Notes: a model not told the origin generated them from the sequence alone. A stretch of 64,000 bases of DNA from Candidatus Nitrospinota bacterium M3_3B_026 (GCA_051418015.1 JBPRGF010000002.1:11158-75157); one strand, 5' to 3'; positions 1-10,625 are shown, numbered from the stretch's first letter. Numbers and translations are program-made.

Positions 1-280
1 TCGGGTCGACCTGTATGACGCCGTCCCTGACAAGCCCCGCAGCCTGCGTTTTGCATGCGAGCAGCGCGTGGCCGTTGGCCCGCATGGCGCAGGAGCCGCA
101 TATGGCCGAGCCGCAGGACATGCGGTATGTCAGCGAGGCGTCCTGTTCGGCCTTGATCCTGTTCAGGCAGTTCAGAAGCGTCGCCCCCGGCTCTATCTCG
201 AGTTCGTAGTCCTGGTATCGCGGCGGCTCGCCCGAGGCCGGGTCGCTCCGGAAAACCCTGAACGTGGCCCTGTCCGCCAT
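1..280 (-). CDS. sdhB: succinate dehydrogenase/fumarate reductase iron-sulfur subunit, 5' part (runs off window start)
   Basis: Manual translation from ATG at 280 (TGATG overlap with the sdhA stop) gives [14 protein letters not shown]...LTYRMSCGSAICGSCAMRANGHALLACKT, the [2Fe-2S] motif of SdhB/FrdB. Confidence 0.9.
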   Translation of the reverse strand, partial: MADRATFRVFRSDPASGEPPRYQDYELEIEPGATLLNCLNRIKAEQDASLTYRMSCGSAICGSCAMRANGHALLACKTQAAGLVRDGVIQVDP

Positions 281-1995
281 CAGTACTTCCTCTCCTCCGG
301 CTGAAACCGCGTCACCCGCACGGGGCGGTAGCGAAGCTCATAGCCGCCGTCTTCGGTCCTGAAGGCCATGGTGTGCTTCATCCAGTTCTCATCGTCGCGC
401 TTGGGAAAATCCTCCCTCGCGTGGGCGCCGCGGCTCTCGGCCCTTACCTGGGCGCCGGCGACGATAAGCTCGGAGTACTCCAGCATGTGGGAAAGCTCCA
501 GCGCCTCGACCAGGTTCGTGTTGAAGTTTTTGGAGGCGTCGCCCACCTTCACGTTCCCGAAGCGCGCCTGAAGCTCCTTTATCTTCTCGTGAGCCCGCTC
601 CATCTTCTCCGAGGTTCGGTAGACGCCGACGTCGTTCGTCATCGTCTCCTTGAGCTCCTCGCGGATGGCGTCGAGGCTCTCCGCGCCGGAGCCTCCGAAA
701 AGTTTTTCGATCTCCTCTTTCGCCGCCGCCAGCTCGCGCGCCTCGTCCACAGGCGCCCAGTCCGCCTCCTTCGTCACCTCCAGCATCTTCTTGCCCGCCC
801 GCCTGCCGAAGACCAGCGCTTCCAGAAGCGAGTTCGTCCCCAGCCTGTTGGCGCCGTGGACGGATATGCACGAGCACTCCCCGGCGGCGAAAAATCCTTT
901 TATCAAAGCTCCGCTCTCGTCGGCGACGACCTGGCAGTCGTTGTCCGCCGGGATTCCGCCCATGGAATAGTGCGCCGTCGGCTGTATCGGCACTGGCTCT
1001 TCTATGGCGTCCACGCCTATAAAATCCTTCGCCAGGTGATAAATCTGCGGCAGGCGCTCCATGATCTTCTCTTTGCCCAGATGCCGCAGGTCGAGCAGGA
1101 CGTAGTCCTTGTCCGGCCCCGCGCCGCGCCCCTCGTTTATCTCCGTCTGCTCAGAGCGTGAGACGATGTCCCGGGGGCCGAGCTCCATCTTGCTGGGGGC
1201 GTACTTGCCCATGAACCGCTCGCCCTCGCCGTTGAGCAGATACCCCCCCTCGCCCCGGGCCGCCTCGGAGAGCAGTATCCCGTGCCGGTACAGCCCCGTG
1301 GGGTGGAACTGGACGAACTCCATGTCCTGCAGCGGAGCGCCGGCCCTGTAGGCGGCGGTTATCCCGTCGCCTGTGTTGGCGAAGGCGTTGGAGGTTATCT
1401 TGTACGCCCGGCCGTAGCCGCCGGTGGCGAAGAGGACGGTCTTCGCGTGAAACACCTCGAAACGCCCGGTCTTTATGTCCATCGCCACGACGCCCCGGCA
1501 TATCCCATCCTCGATTATGAGGCGGGTGACGTACCACTCGGAGTAGACCTGCAGGCTCGCCGCGTGTTTCATCGACTGCTCGAAGAGGGTGTGCAGCAGG
1601 GCGTGGCCGGTCCTGTCCGCCGAGTAGCAGGCGCGATTGAAGGAGTGGCCCCCGAAGGCGCGCTGGGCGATCCTGTTCTTTTCCGTGCGGGAGAAGGGGC
1701 AGCCGAAATGCTCCATCTCGATGATCGTCCTCGGCGCGTCGGAGCACATGATCTCGATGGCGTCCTGGTCGCCGAGATAGTCGGCGCCCTTCACCGTGTC
1801 GTAGATGTGCGCCTCCGGCGAGTCGCCGTCGACGTTGGCGAGCGCCGCGGCGACGCCCCCCTGTGCCGCGCCGGAGTGGCTGCGCGAGGGGTAGACCTTC
1901 GTCAGCACGGCCACGTCCAGATGGCCGACAAGCTCCATCGCCGCCCGGAGCCCCGCCAGCCCGGAGCCTACGATAACGACGTCGTGTGAGTACAT
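280..1995 (-). CDS. sdhA: succinate dehydrogenase/fumarate reductase flavoprotein subunit
   Basis: GSGLAG FAD-binding motif, [10 protein letters not shown] covalent-FAD His motif, [30 protein letters not shown]-terminal ERKY. Confidence 0.95.
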   Translation of the reverse strand: MYSHDVVIVGSGLAGLRAAMELVGHLDVAVLTKVYPSRSHSGAAQGGVAAALANVDGDSPEAHIYDTVKGADYLGDQDAIEIMCSDAPRTIIEMEHFGCPFSRTEKNRIAQRAFGGHSFNRACYSADRTGHALLHTLFEQSMKHAASLQVYSEWYVTRLIIEDGICRGVVAMDIKTGRFEVFHAKTVLFATGGYGRAYKITSNAFANTGDGITAAYRAGAPLQDMEFVQFHPTGLYRHGILLSEAARGEGGYLLNGEGERFMGKYAPSKMELGPRDIVSRSEQTEINEGRGAGPDKDYVLLDLRHLGKEKIMERLPQIYHLAKDFIGVDAIEEPVPIQPTAHYSMGGIPADNDCQVVADESGALIKGFFAAGECSCISVHGANRLGTNSLLEALVFGRRAGKKMLEVTKEADWAPVDEARELAAAKEEIEKLFGGSGAESLDAIREELKETMTNDVGVYRTSEKMERAHEKIKELQARFGNVKVGDASKNFNTNLVEALELSHMLEYSELIVAGAQVRAESRGAHAREDFPKRDDENWMKHTMAFRTEDGGYELRYRPVRVTRFQPEERKY

Positions 1996-2292
1996 GCGGT
2001 TTCTTTATTATTCGTCCATCGCGCTTTCGCGCCTTTGGAAGTCTAATCCGAAGTCACAAAGGCGCTCTATTTTATACAACCGGCCATCCTCTTTCCAGTG
2101 TAAAAACAAGGGAAGAAAAACGGCGGGCCGCGCCCCCGGCGCCATGTTAAGCCAAAGCGAAGCGTCCCGCGCCAGATGGAACAACGGGACTCTTCGGCTT
2201 CGCCTCAGAATGACACTATCGCGGCGTATCTTGCGCAAAACGGCGGAGTGGGGTGTGGCCTTCCGCCCCGTTTTTCCCCTCGCCGCTTTTCG

Positions 2293-2823
2293 TCAATGCC
2301 TGCCGCCGCGTCCCTTGCCGCGCCCGGCCTTGCGCAGGATGTCCATGTCGAAGGAGACCCGCTGCTCCGGCGTCAGGGCCGCGCGCATGTCGATCTTGTG
2401 ATCGTACTTTTTCCTCATCTTCTCCTTTTTCAGATCGGCGATCCTGTCTATCTTCTCGGTGATGGCTTTTTTGTCCGGGTTGTCCTCCGTCAGCAGCGCC
2501 GCCAGCTCCGCCTTCTCCAGCCTGATCCTGGCTTTGAGGACGCCCATCTGCTTTTTGAGGTCGCGGTGCATCCTGTCTATGGCGAGCTCCTGCTCGTCGC
2601 TGAGCGTGCTTCTCCAATGGGACCCGAAGACGTGGCCCATGCCGCCGCCTCCGCGCATACCCTGGCCCATGCCACCCATCATCATGCCTTTGGGGCCGCC
2701 CATCATGCCCTTGGGGCCGCATTTGACATCGCCGCCGCGTCCGTGATCGGCGAACGCCGTGGCGGAAAGAGCCAGCGACGCCAGGAAAACCGACATCACC
2801 GAAAAAATTACAAGCTTTCTCAT
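2293..2823 (-). CDS. Spy/CpxP/ZraP-family periplasmic protein
   Basis: Signal peptide, Gly/Met-rich segment, helical body and LTPEQR motif. Confidence 0.8.
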   Translation of the reverse strand: MRKLVIFSVMSVFLASLALSATAFADHGRGGDVKCGPKGMMGGPKGMMMGGMGQGMRGGGGMGHVFGSHWRSTLSDEQELAIDRMHRDLKKQMGVLKARIRLEKAELAALLTEDNPDKKAITEKIDRIADLKKEKMRKKYDHKIDMRAALTPEQRVSFDMDILRKAGRGKGRGGRH

Positions 2824-2859
2824 CTCACTTCCCTTTCAAGAGTGTTTCTCCTCCAAACC

Positions 2860-4539
2860 CTACTGGCGCCTCAGCGTCAGTCTTTTGTATTTCGAGCGCC
2901 TGTTCTCCTCCCGGCCGCCGAGCTCCTCTTTTCGAACCCGCTCGTATTCCGCGTAAGAGCCTTCAAACCAGCGGACTCTCCCCTCCCCCTCGAAGACGAG
3001 CAGGTGTGTGCAGACACGGTCCAGGAAGAACCGGTCGTGGCTTATGACCATGACGCAGCCCGAAAAGTCCATTATGGCGTCCTCCAGGGCGCGCAGGGTG
3101 GCCACGTCGAGATCGTTGGTCGGCTCGTCGAGCAGCAGGAGGTTGCCGCCGCTTCTCAAAAGCTTCGCCATGTGGACGCGGTTCCTCTCCCCGCCGGAAA
3201 GGTCCGCCACCCGTTTCTGCTGGTCCGGCCCGCGGAAGCCGAAGAGCGCCGCATAGGCGCGGGAGTTTATCTTTCTCCCGTCCATCTCGATGAACTCGCT
3301 CCCGCCGCTTATCTGCTCGAATACCGTCGCCGAGCCGTCGAGGGAGCCGCGTTTCTGGTCGACGTATGAAAGCTTCACCGTCTCCCCCAGCTCTATCCGC
3401 CCCTCGTCCGGCGCCTCCTCGCCGGCGATCACCCTGAAGAGGGTCGTTTTGCCCACGCCGTTCGGCCCCATCAGGCCCACCACCGCGCCGCGGGGAACGG
3501 AGAAGCTCAATTCCTCGATCAGCGCCGCGCCGTCGTAGCCCTTGGAGACGCTCTCGAACTCCACGACCTTCTCGCCAAGCAGCGGGCCGGGGGCTATTCT
3601 TATATCCGTGGAGTCCTTCTCCATCCTCTTGCTCTCGGCGACGAGCCTTTCGTATTCTTTTATCCTCGCCTTGTTTTTCTCTCTGCGCGCGCCGGGATTG
3701 GAGCGGATCCATTCAAGCTCTTTCAGGATGTGCTTCCTGACGCCCGGGGACGGAATCGAACCCTTTCCCAGGCGTTCGGCCTTCTGGGCGAGCCATGCCG
3801 AATAGTTCCCCTCGAAAGGCGTCCCCCTGCCCCCGCCAAGCTCCAGTATCCACTTCGTGATGTTGTCCAGGAAATACCTGTCGTGGGTGACGACGATGAC
3901 GTTGCCGGGATAGTCCCTCAGCGTCCCCTCCAGCCATTCGACCGTCTCCGCGTCGAGATGGTTCGTCGGCTCGTCGAGCAGGAGTATGTCCGGCTTCTGT
4001 ATCAGCAGCCTGCAAAGGGCCACCCGCCGCGCCTCGCCCCCGGAAAGTTTTGAGACGTCCATATCGTCCGGCGGCAGGACCAGCGCGTCCATGGCCACCT
4101 CCACGTGGCGGTCGAGCTCCCAGCCGTCGACGGCGTCTATCTCGTCCTGGAGCCTGCCCATCCTCTCCAGGGCCTTCTCCATTTCGCCGTCGTCCATCGG
4201 CGCGGACATCTTCTCCGTCAGCCCCTCGTATTCCGCGATGAGCTTCTTTATCCCGCTGAACGCATCCTCCACGTTCTCGCGGACGGTCCTGCCGCCGGAA
4301 AGCCGCGGCTCCTGGGGAAGATAGCCCACCGTCACGCCCTTTTTCGGCGCGGCGGTACCGGTGAAATCGGTGTCCAGCCCGGCCATGATCCGAAGGAGGG
4401 TGGATTTGCCGGAGCCGTTCTCTCCCACGATTCCGATCTTCGCGCCGTGGTAGAAGAAGAGGTTTATGTCCTCGAGGATCTTTTTCTGTCCATGGGCCTT
4501 GCCAAGCCCCGACATCGTGTATATGTATTCGCCTGCCAT
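2860..4539 (-). CDS. ettA: energy-dependent translational throttle ABC-F protein EttA
   Basis: Two ABC domains (GENGSGKST, GPNGVGKTT, LSGGE, LLDEPTN), no TM segments, N-terminus YIYTM..L.K and FFYHGAKIG typical of EttA/YjjK. Confidence 0.9.
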   Translation of the reverse strand: MAGEYIYTMSGLGKAHGQKKILEDINLFFYHGAKIGIVGENGSGKSTLLRIMAGLDTDFTGTAAPKKGVTVGYLPQEPRLSGGRTVRENVEDAFSGIKKLIAEYEGLTEKMSAPMDDGEMEKALERMGRLQDEIDAVDGWELDRHVEVAMDALVLPPDDMDVSKLSGGEARRVALCRLLIQKPDILLLDEPTNHLDAETVEWLEGTLRDYPGNVIVVTHDRYFLDNITKWILELGGGRGTPFEGNYSAWLAQKAERLGKGSIPSPGVRKHILKELEWIRSNPGARREKNKARIKEYERLVAESKRMEKDSTDIRIAPGPLLGEKVVEFESVSKGYDGAALIEELSFSVPRGAVVGLMGPNGVGKTTLFRVIAGEEAPDEGRIELGETVKLSYVDQKRGSLDGSATVFEQISGGSEFIEMDGRKINSRAYAALFGFRGPDQQKRVADLSGGERNRVHMAKLLRSGGNLLLLDEPTNDLDVATLRALEDAIMDFSGCVMVISHDRFFLDRVCTHLLVFEGEGRVRWFEGSYAEYERVRKEELGGREENRRSKYKRLTLRRQ

Positions 4540-4785
4540 CACGTCCTTTCCCGATAAGCCGCCGCCGGGGCGGCCGGGGTTTGCCCCATGTTCTGAATAT
4601 AGATTCTAACCGGACTCGCCGGCTTCGTAAAATATCAATCCCGGCGCGAGTCAAACGCAAAGACGGGAGACGGCGGCAGGGGCCGCGGTTCGGCATCCCG
4701 CCAAAAGCGGCAACGCGGGCCGAAGCCCCGTTTTCCCGGAAAACCCGGCGTAACGCTCAAGCGGCCAGGCGCCGGAGCGGCGCCG

Positions 4786-5037
4786 TCAATCTTTGTCCGG
4801 GGAAGGCGCGGCTTTCTTTTCCTTTTTCTCTTTTTTGGGCTTGGGCTTGGGGTTGGCGTAGTCGGTCTTGTACCAGCCTGTGCCTTTGAGGTGGAAGGAG
4901 TTCATCGAGATCAGCCTGGTAAGCTTCCCTCCGCACTTCGAGGCGCCGTTGTGGCGCTTCAGGGGCGGGTCCGTTATCTTCTGCGTGACCTCCAGGACGT
5001 CGCCGCATTTCTGGCAGGAATACTCGTATATGGGCAT
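4786..5037 (-). CDS. FmdB-family zinc-ribbon regulatory protein
   Basis: MPIYEYSCQKCG...CGGKLTRLIS...FHLKGTGWYKTDY signature. Confidence 0.9.
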   Translation of the reverse strand: MPIYEYSCQKCGDVLEVTQKITDPPLKRHNGASKCGGKLTRLISMNSFHLKGTGWYKTDYANPKPKPKKEKKEKKAAPSPDKD

Positions 5038-5159
5038 CTGGCCATCCGCTCCTTTTAAAACAAACCGCTATGCTTCCATCGGCGCGATACGCCGAACGTT
5101 ATATTTATAATACGCGATTTTCGCCTGTCAAGGCGCCTTCGCGTAAGCCGCCCAAGCTC

Positions 5160-6080
5160 TCAGACGCGGCTCAGCCACTGGGGATAATCGCCGTTTTTGC
5201 CCTTCAGGACGTCGAAGAAAACATCCTGCAGCCTCCTGGTCACGGGCCCCAGGCCGTCTTTCCCTATCGTCCTGCCGTCCACGGAGCGGATAGGCGTAAG
5301 CTCGGCGGCCGTGCCTGTGAAAAAGGCCTCGTCGGCGATGTACACCTCGTCCCTCGACATGGCGATCTCCTCCACGCGCAGGCCCATGTCCCGGGCGATG
5401 GTTATCACGGAGTCCCGGGTTATCCCCTCCAGGATGGAGGGCAGGGGCGGGGTCTTGAGCTTCCCGTCCCGGACGATGAAAATGTTCTCGCCGGATCCTT
5501 CGGCGACGTAGCCATAGGGGTCCAGCAGGAGGGCCTCGTCGTAGCCTGCCTTCACGGCCTCGAGCTTGGCCATTATGGAGTTGACATAAGCCCCGCAGAC
5601 CTTCGATTTCGTCATGAAGACGTTCGGATGGTGCCGGGCGAAGCTGGAGGTTTTAACCTCGATCCCCTTCTCCAGCGCCTCGTCGCCGAGATACGCCCCC
5701 CAGGGCCACACGGCGATGGCCACACGGACGGAGCACCCCACGCAGTTCAGCCCTCGCTTCTCGTCCCCCAGGAAGACGAGGGGCCGTATGTAGCACTCCT
5801 CCAGGCCGTTCACGCGGATGGTCTCCTTCACCGCGCCGTTTATCGTCTCCTCGGTGAAGGGGATGTCCAGCCCCAGGATCTTGGCGGAGTTGAAAAGCCT
5901 CCTTGTGTGATCCTCCAGCCTGAAGACAGCGGGGCCCCTCGAAGTCCGGTAACAGCGTATCCCCTCGAAGACGCCCAGCCCGTAATGCAGGGTGTGTGTA
6001 AGAACATGGACGTTCGCCTTGTCCCAGTCCACGAAGGCGCCGTCCATCCATATCTTCTCGGACCTTGGCCCGTCGCTCAT
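5160..6080 (-). CDS. ilvE: branched-chain amino acid aminotransferase
   Basis: [41 protein letters not shown] motifs. Confidence 0.95.
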   Translation of the reverse strand: MSDGPRSEKIWMDGAFVDWDKANVHVLTHTLHYGLGVFEGIRCYRTSRGPAVFRLEDHTRRLFNSAKILGLDIPFTEETINGAVKETIRVNGLEECYIRPLVFLGDEKRGLNCVGCSVRVAIAVWPWGAYLGDEALEKGIEVKTSSFARHHPNVFMTKSKVCGAYVNSIMAKLEAVKAGYDEALLLDPYGYVAEGSGENIFIVRDGKLKTPPLPSILEGITRDSVITIARDMGLRVEEIAMSRDEVYIADEAFFTGTAAELTPIRSVDGRTIGKDGLGPVTRRLQDVFFDVLKGKNGDYPQWLSRV

Positions 6081-6187
6081 CCGCTATAAATCTCCATACG
6101 AGTCACTAAAGGTTAAAGAGAAGGAATCCTCAATTTTCAATGATTTAAGACCCGCATGTCAAGCGTGAAGATTTCCCGGCCGAAGGC

Positions 6188-6760
6188 TCATCCCCGCCCT
6201 TCCTCGAAGACGATGGCCTCGAAGACGGAAATCCGCGCGCCGGAGCGCCATGCGCCGGGGGGGAGCCCGGCCTTGAGCGAAAGATGATCCAGGGCCGTCT
6301 CGGTGTCCCAGCCCTGTTTCGGCGCGACCTGCGGAAGGAAAAGAGCCCTGCGGCCCCATTTGCTCAGGATGATCCCGTGCCTGCCGATCTCTATCTCATC
6401 GGGGGAGGAGACCTCCTCGGGCGGGGAGAGGACTGATATCTCTATCTCTATCCGGTCAAGCTCCGAGGGGGCGACGGGCGGAAACCTGGTGTCCTCCAGC
6501 GCAGCGGCCCTGGCGGCGGAGACGACGTTTTCATAGAGCGTCCTTTCAGCCTCTGGGTAGCCCACGCAGCCCCGAAGTCCGCCCTCTTTCGTCAGGGTTA
6601 CGAATACGCCGCAGGGCGCCTTGAGGGCGCCGGAGAGCGACCCTGTGTCCACGGGCGCCATCGCCTCCCCCCTCACGGCGGATTCGACGGAGCGCCGAGC
6701 CGCCTCAAGCAACGTTCCCCTGTCCTCGCTGGAAAGCTCGAAGTCCAATTTCGGCGACAT
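6188..6760 (-). CDS. AMMECR1-domain protein (AmmeMemoRadiSam protein A)
   Basis: GVFVTL...LRGCVG, DTRFPPV, EISVLS, LFLPQVA..QGWD, LSLKAG motifs. Start re-called at ATG 6760 behind GGAGAAGGG. Confidence 0.9.
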   Translation of the reverse strand: MSPKLDFELSSEDRGTLLEAARRSVESAVRGEAMAPVDTGSLSGALKAPCGVFVTLTKEGGLRGCVGYPEAERTLYENVVSAARAAALEDTRFPPVAPSELDRIEIEISVLSPPEEVSSPDEIEIGRHGIILSKWGRRALFLPQVAPKQGWDTETALDHLSLKAGLPPGAWRSGARISVFEAIVFEEGRG

Positions 6761-6872
6761 CCCTTCTCCACAGGCTATATGCTTATTGTGAACCCGCCGC
6801 CAGCCCAAAGGCAAGAGCGGAGGCGCCGGCTCTCTATGCGCAAGCGGCCGCTCGCGTTGTATAATACAAGTC

Positions 6873-7298
6873 ATGAACGGCATGGATCGGACAGATGGAC
6901 TGAGGCGATCTCTTATAATCGTAGCGCTTCTCCTTTTCGGCGCGGCGCCGTGGGCCGCCGCATCGGGCGCCCCGTTCACGAGGATCAGCCCCGAGAGGGC
7001 CAATAATATGCTGAAAAGCGGTGAAATAGACCTTCTCCTCGACGTGCGCACCCTGAAGTATTACACCGGGCCTTCCGGCAGGCTGAAGGGCGCCTTCCTG
7101 GCGCCGATCGACAAGCTCCCTGAAATGCTCGATACCCTGAAGAAATTCAAGGACAAGACCATCCTCGTCTATTGCGAGGTGGGGATATGGTCGCAGGACG
7201 CCGCGCGCCTGCTGGGCGAAAGCGGGTTCGGGAAGGTGCTGGAGCTGGAGGGTGGGATCGAACGATGGACGAAGGAGGGCTACCCGGTCATCAACTAG
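6873..7298 (+). CDS. exported rhodanese-like domain protein
   Basis: Signal peptide, LLDVR, VYCEVG active-site loop, LEGGIERW..EGYPV. Confidence 0.85.
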   Translation: MNGMDRTDGLRRSLIIVALLLFGAAPWAAASGAPFTRISPERANNMLKSGEIDLLLDVRTLKYYTGPSGRLKGAFLAPIDKLPEMLDTLKKFKDKTILVYCEVGIWSQDAARLLGESGFGKVLELEGGIERWTKEGYPVIN

Positions 7299-7327
7299 CC
7301 TCCGCCCCCTCGGGGCGCCCGGAGCCC

Positions 7328-7564
7328 TTAAAACGCCACCCGCGACTCGTACTTTTCTATGGAACGGCGGCTGATCCTGTAGCACCCCCTGATCTTCAGC
7401 CCGCTAAGCTCCCCCTGCTCGATAAGCCTGATGATCGTGACCGCCGACACCCCCCACCTCCTGGCAAGCTGCGAGGTGGTGAAATACACGCCGGGAGGGC
7501 AGACCTCGCGCCCCTTGCCGCCATCTCCGCCCGGAGCTTTTTCCGATCCGAGTTCCGGTTTCAT
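7328..7564 (-). CDS. excisionase-like helix-turn-helix DNA-binding protein
   Basis: YFTTSQLARRWGVSAVTIIRLIEQGELSGLKIRGCYRISRRSIEKY fits the HTH_17/Xis pattern. Confidence 0.8.
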   Translation of the reverse strand: MKPELGSEKAPGGDGGKGREVCPPGVYFTTSQLARRWGVSAVTIIRLIEQGELSGLKIRGCYRISRRSIEKYESRVAF

Positions 7565-7622
7565 TAATTCTTGAGTCCCTGAAAACGGCTGACCACCGAA
7601 AGTATAAATATGTTATGCTTTC

Positions 7623-7650
7623 ATTCTAGTATAGTAATAATAATTGTCAA
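7623..7650 (-). promoter_or_regulatory. sigma70-type promoter for the excisionase-like gene
   Basis: Minus strand TTGACA-N16-TAGAAT in an AT-rich intergenic region. Confidence 0.6.
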
Positions 7651-7653
7651 GAT

Positions 7654-7677
7654 AAAATATTCGTATTCGAATATTTT
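7654..7677. promoter_or_regulatory. perfect palindromic operator candidate
   Basis: AAAATATTCG-tatt-CGAATATTTT between two divergent HTH genes. Confidence 0.65.
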
Positions 7678-7693
7678 TCCGGAAGGAGCCGTC

Positions 7694-8056
7694 ATGGGCA
7701 GATCGAACAGGCTGGGCCGGATGATAAGGATGGTGCGGGGCGGGCTCACCCAGCAGCAGTTCGCAAAATCCATCAACGTAAGCCAGGGCTCGGTCGCCAA
7801 GTACGAGAAGGGTGAATCCATCCCCGGCGCCGCCACCCTGCTGCGGATAGCGGGACTGGGGGGCGTCACCGTGGAGGAGCTTTTGGGCGGCGGGGAAGAG
7901 GCGGGCCGGAGTTTTGTCCTGTCGGAGGAGGAGCGCAGGCTGGTGGCCGCCGCCAGGGAGCTTGAGAAGAGCGATCCCGCCCTGCGCTCGTTGATCCTGG
8001 AGCTTGCGCTCGCCCTGGCCCGGCGCGGAAACAGGGATAAGGGGCGCTCCACCTGA
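7694..8056 (+). CDS. XRE/Cro-CI family HTH transcriptional regulator
   Basis: LTQQQFAKSINVSQGSVAKYEKGESIP...GVTVEELL. ATG 7694 has AAGGAG RBS. Confidence 0.85.
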   Translation: MGRSNRLGRMIRMVRGGLTQQQFAKSINVSQGSVAKYEKGESIPGAATLLRIAGLGGVTVEELLGGGEEAGRSFVLSEEERRLVAAARELEKSDPALRSLILELALALARRGNRDKGRST

Positions 8057-8092
8057 ATAGTGAAGGCGCCTTGCGGGCTCCGCAGCCCGCGG

Positions 8093-10105
8093 CTACTCGA
8101 ACCCCAGCAGCCTCCCTCCCTGGTAGACCACGAGGCTTGCCGTCCAGGCGAGGACGAGCCCCAGCGCCACCGACAGCCCGGTGATTTTCCACGAGCCGGA
8201 CTCGGCCCGTATCGAGGCCAGGGTGGCTACGCAGGGGGTGTAAAGAAGGGTGAAGACCATGAAGCTCATCCCCTGCAGGGGCGTTATGTACGAGGAGATG
8301 ACAGCCGGGTCCGTCCCGCCATGGATCACGGCCAGGGCGCCTATCACCACCTCCTTGGCGACAAACCCGAAAAAGAGCGCCACGGTCTCCCGCCATGGTA
8401 TCCCGATTGGGTCGAAGATGGGAGCCGCCGCCGCGCCCAGCATCCCCGCCAACGTCTTTTCCCCGGCCGGAGGGACGCCAGGGGGGAAGTGGGTAAGGAA
8501 CCATACCACCACCACCCCGGCCACTATCATGGTGGACGCGCGATACAGAAACTCCCGCATCTCCTGCCAGGCCCTTATCGCCACCGTCCGGGCGAGCGGG
8601 AGCCTGTAGGGCGGCAGTTCCATGATGAAAGGCTCCGGCGTCCCGAAGGAGAAGGGCCTCAGCGCGATTCCCACCAGGATTATCATGGCGAAACTCAGGA
8701 TATAAAGAGAGAAGACCGCCCACGGCGCCGCCCACGGGGCGAACAGCAGCCCCGCCAGGAACAAAAAGACCTGCAGCCGAGCGGAGCAGAGAGTGAGCGG
8801 TATCAAAAGCATGGTCAGCAGCCTGTTATGCTGGCTCGATAGCACCCGCGTGCCCATGACGGCCGGGACGTTGCATCCGTATCCAAGCAGCAGGCTTATG
8901 AACGCCTTCCCGTCCAGCCGGAGCATATGCATCAGCCTGTCCATCAGGAAGGCCACCCTCGCCATGTAGCCTGTGTCCTCGATCAGCGACAGGAACACGA
9001 AAAACAGGGCGATGATGGGGAAAAAGCTTACCACCACCCCCACCCCCTCGATCAGGCCGTCCACCAGGAAATCCTTCAGCATCCCCGGCGCGCCGATGGC
9101 CTCAAGAGCCGATCCGGCCCAGCCCTGAACAACCCCCACGCCCGCGGCCGTCCACTCCTGCAACGGCGTCCCCATGGTGAATACGCCATGGAAGATCGCG
9201 AACATGATGATGAAAAAGAGCGGCAGACCCAGCCATCCGCCCATCAACACGTTGTCGATCTTCTCCGTGACCGAGGCGGGGATCCTGGCTGGGCTCCTGG
9301 TCGTCTCCATCAGCAGGCCGCGGGCGGAATTGAACCTGCATCTTGCGCAGGTGGTGACGAGGTCCTGTCCCAGGGCTTTCTCCACACTGCCGCGCTCTTC
9401 CGCCGCCAGGGACGCCGCTTCGGCGAGCCGCGGGTCCTTTTCCACCAGCCTTGCGCCGCCCTCCTCGTCCTCCAGCAGGCTGACGGCGACGAACCCGCTA
9501 TCCAGCCCCGCCCCGCCGCCGCCCGACTCCACGCTCCTCGCTATCCGCGCCACCGCCTCCTCCAGCGCGGGGGGGAAGGATATGTGGGTGGGGCGCGCCG
9601 TTCTTTGCCCTTCGAGGGTCTTGAGGATCGTTTTCTTCAGCTCGTCCAGCCCCTCCCCCGTCCGCGCCACGATGGGGACGGCGGGCGCGCCGAGGTGCTG
9701 GGAGAAGGCTTCCATGTCTATCTCGATTCCCTTTTTCCGGGCCTCGTCCATCATGTTCACGGCCACCACCATGGGGATGTCCATCGACGCGAGCTGCAGG
9801 GTCAGCCCCAGTCCGCGGTAGAGGTTGCCCGCGTCGACCACGTTCAGGATCAGGTCGGGAGGGCTTTCCAGAAAATAGTCGCGGACAACCCTCTCCTCCA
9901 GGGTGCTGGGGGTTATGGAATACGCCCCGGGAAGGTCCACAAGCTCCGCCTCGACGCCGTCGAGCCGGAAGGCGCCCACCTTCTTTTCCACGGTGACGCC
10001 CGGCCAGTTGCCAACCCGCTGGCTGGCGCCGGTGAGGCGGTTGAAGAGGGTGGTCTTGCCGCTGTTGGGGATGGCGCTTATCGCTACGGTGACCTTACGA
10101 GTCAT
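8093..10105 (-). CDS. feoB: ferrous iron transporter FeoB
   Basis: PNSGKTTLFN, VGNWPGVTVEKK, DLPGAYS, NMMD, GYGCNVPA, CSARL, FIMELPPYRLP, LYTPC. Confidence 0.95.
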   Translation of the reverse strand: MTRKVTVAISAIPNSGKTTLFNRLTGASQRVGNWPGVTVEKKVGAFRLDGVEAELVDLPGAYSITPSTLEERVVRDYFLESPPDLILNVVDAGNLYRGLGLTLQLASMDIPMVVAVNMMDEARKKGIEIDMEAFSQHLGAPAVPIVARTGEGLDELKKTILKTLEGQRTARPTHISFPPALEEAVARIARSVESGGGGAGLDSGFVAVSLLEDEEGGARLVEKDPRLAEAASLAAEERGSVEKALGQDLVTTCARCRFNSARGLLMETTRSPARIPASVTEKIDNVLMGGWLGLPLFFIIMFAIFHGVFTMGTPLQEWTAAGVGVVQGWAGSALEAIGAPGMLKDFLVDGLIEGVGVVVSFFPIIALFFVFLSLIEDTGYMARVAFLMDRLMHMLRLDGKAFISLLLGYGCNVPAVMGTRVLSSQHNRLLTMLLIPLTLCSARLQVFLFLAGLLFAPWAAPWAVFSLYILSFAMIILVGIALRPFSFGTPEPFIMELPPYRLPLARTVAIRAWQEMREFLYRASTMIVAGVVVVWFLTHFPPGVPPAGEKTLAGMLGAAAAPIFDPIGIPWRETVALFFGFVAKEVVIGALAVIHGGTDPAVISSYITPLQGMSFMVFTLLYTPCVATLASIRAESGSWKITGLSVALGLVLAWTASLVVYQGGRLLGFE

Positions 10106-10571
10106 CGCCGCCTTCCGGCTCCACCACGACCTTGTCCGCCTCCCCTCTGCCGAGGATCACAAGCCCTCCCCCGGGAGAAAGGCGGACAGTGTAAGGCGCG
10201 GTTTTCAAGAGCGTGACCCTGGCGCCCTCCGTCACGCCCCGGCTCTCCGTTTTTCTTTTGAACCCCTCGCCTCCTACGAGTTCGCGCACTCTGTAGACCC
10301 TGTCCACGGCCTTCGCGCTGGAGAGGGGAAACGCGATGACATCAAGCTCCAGCGCGGCCGCCTCCTCCTCGCGCAGGGCCACCGCCTGTCCCGACTCGGC
10401 GCCGAGAGCCAGCGGTCCCCCCAGGGCTCCGGCCCGCAGGACGGTCACCTCCACGCCGGGCAACATCCCCATCTTGGCAAGGCGCCGCGAGACGGCGGTG
10501 TTGTCCCCCAGCGAGACAATGCGGCAGATGGTGTTCGGTCTTAACGGTATCTTCTCTTTCACTTTCGTCAC
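10095..10571 (-). CDS. feoA: FeoA-family protein with two FeoA domains (start uncertain; GTG at 10571 chosen)
   Basis: RRLAKMGMLPGVEV...LGGPL...VALREEEA and a second copy RGVTEGARV...ILGRGEADKVVV, directly upstream of feoB. Confidence 0.85.
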   Translation of the reverse strand: MTKVKEKIPLRPNTICRIVSLGDNTAVSRRLAKMGMLPGVEVTVLRAGALGGPLALGAESGQAVALREEEAAALELDVIAFPLSSAKAVDRVYRVRELVGGEGFKRKTESRGVTEGARVTLLKTAPYTVRLSPGGGLVILGRGEADKVVVEPEGGDDS

Positions 10572-10601
10572 GGCGGATAAACGGTCCCCGCGGGCCGGTC
10601 G

Positions 10602-10625
10602 AAAATTGACAATAATTCTCATTTT
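10602..10625. promoter_or_regulatory. Fur-box-like site upstream of feoAB
   Basis: TGACAAT-A-ATTCTCA (10607-10621) fits the 7-1-7 TGATAAT-N-ATTATCA Fur consensus with AT-rich flanks, in an otherwise GC-rich region. Confidence 0.8.

Noticed and set aside
10572..10622. ORF-track ATG start for feoA at 10622
   Set aside because: The ATG falls inside the Fur-box-like site and the extension is not FeoA-like.
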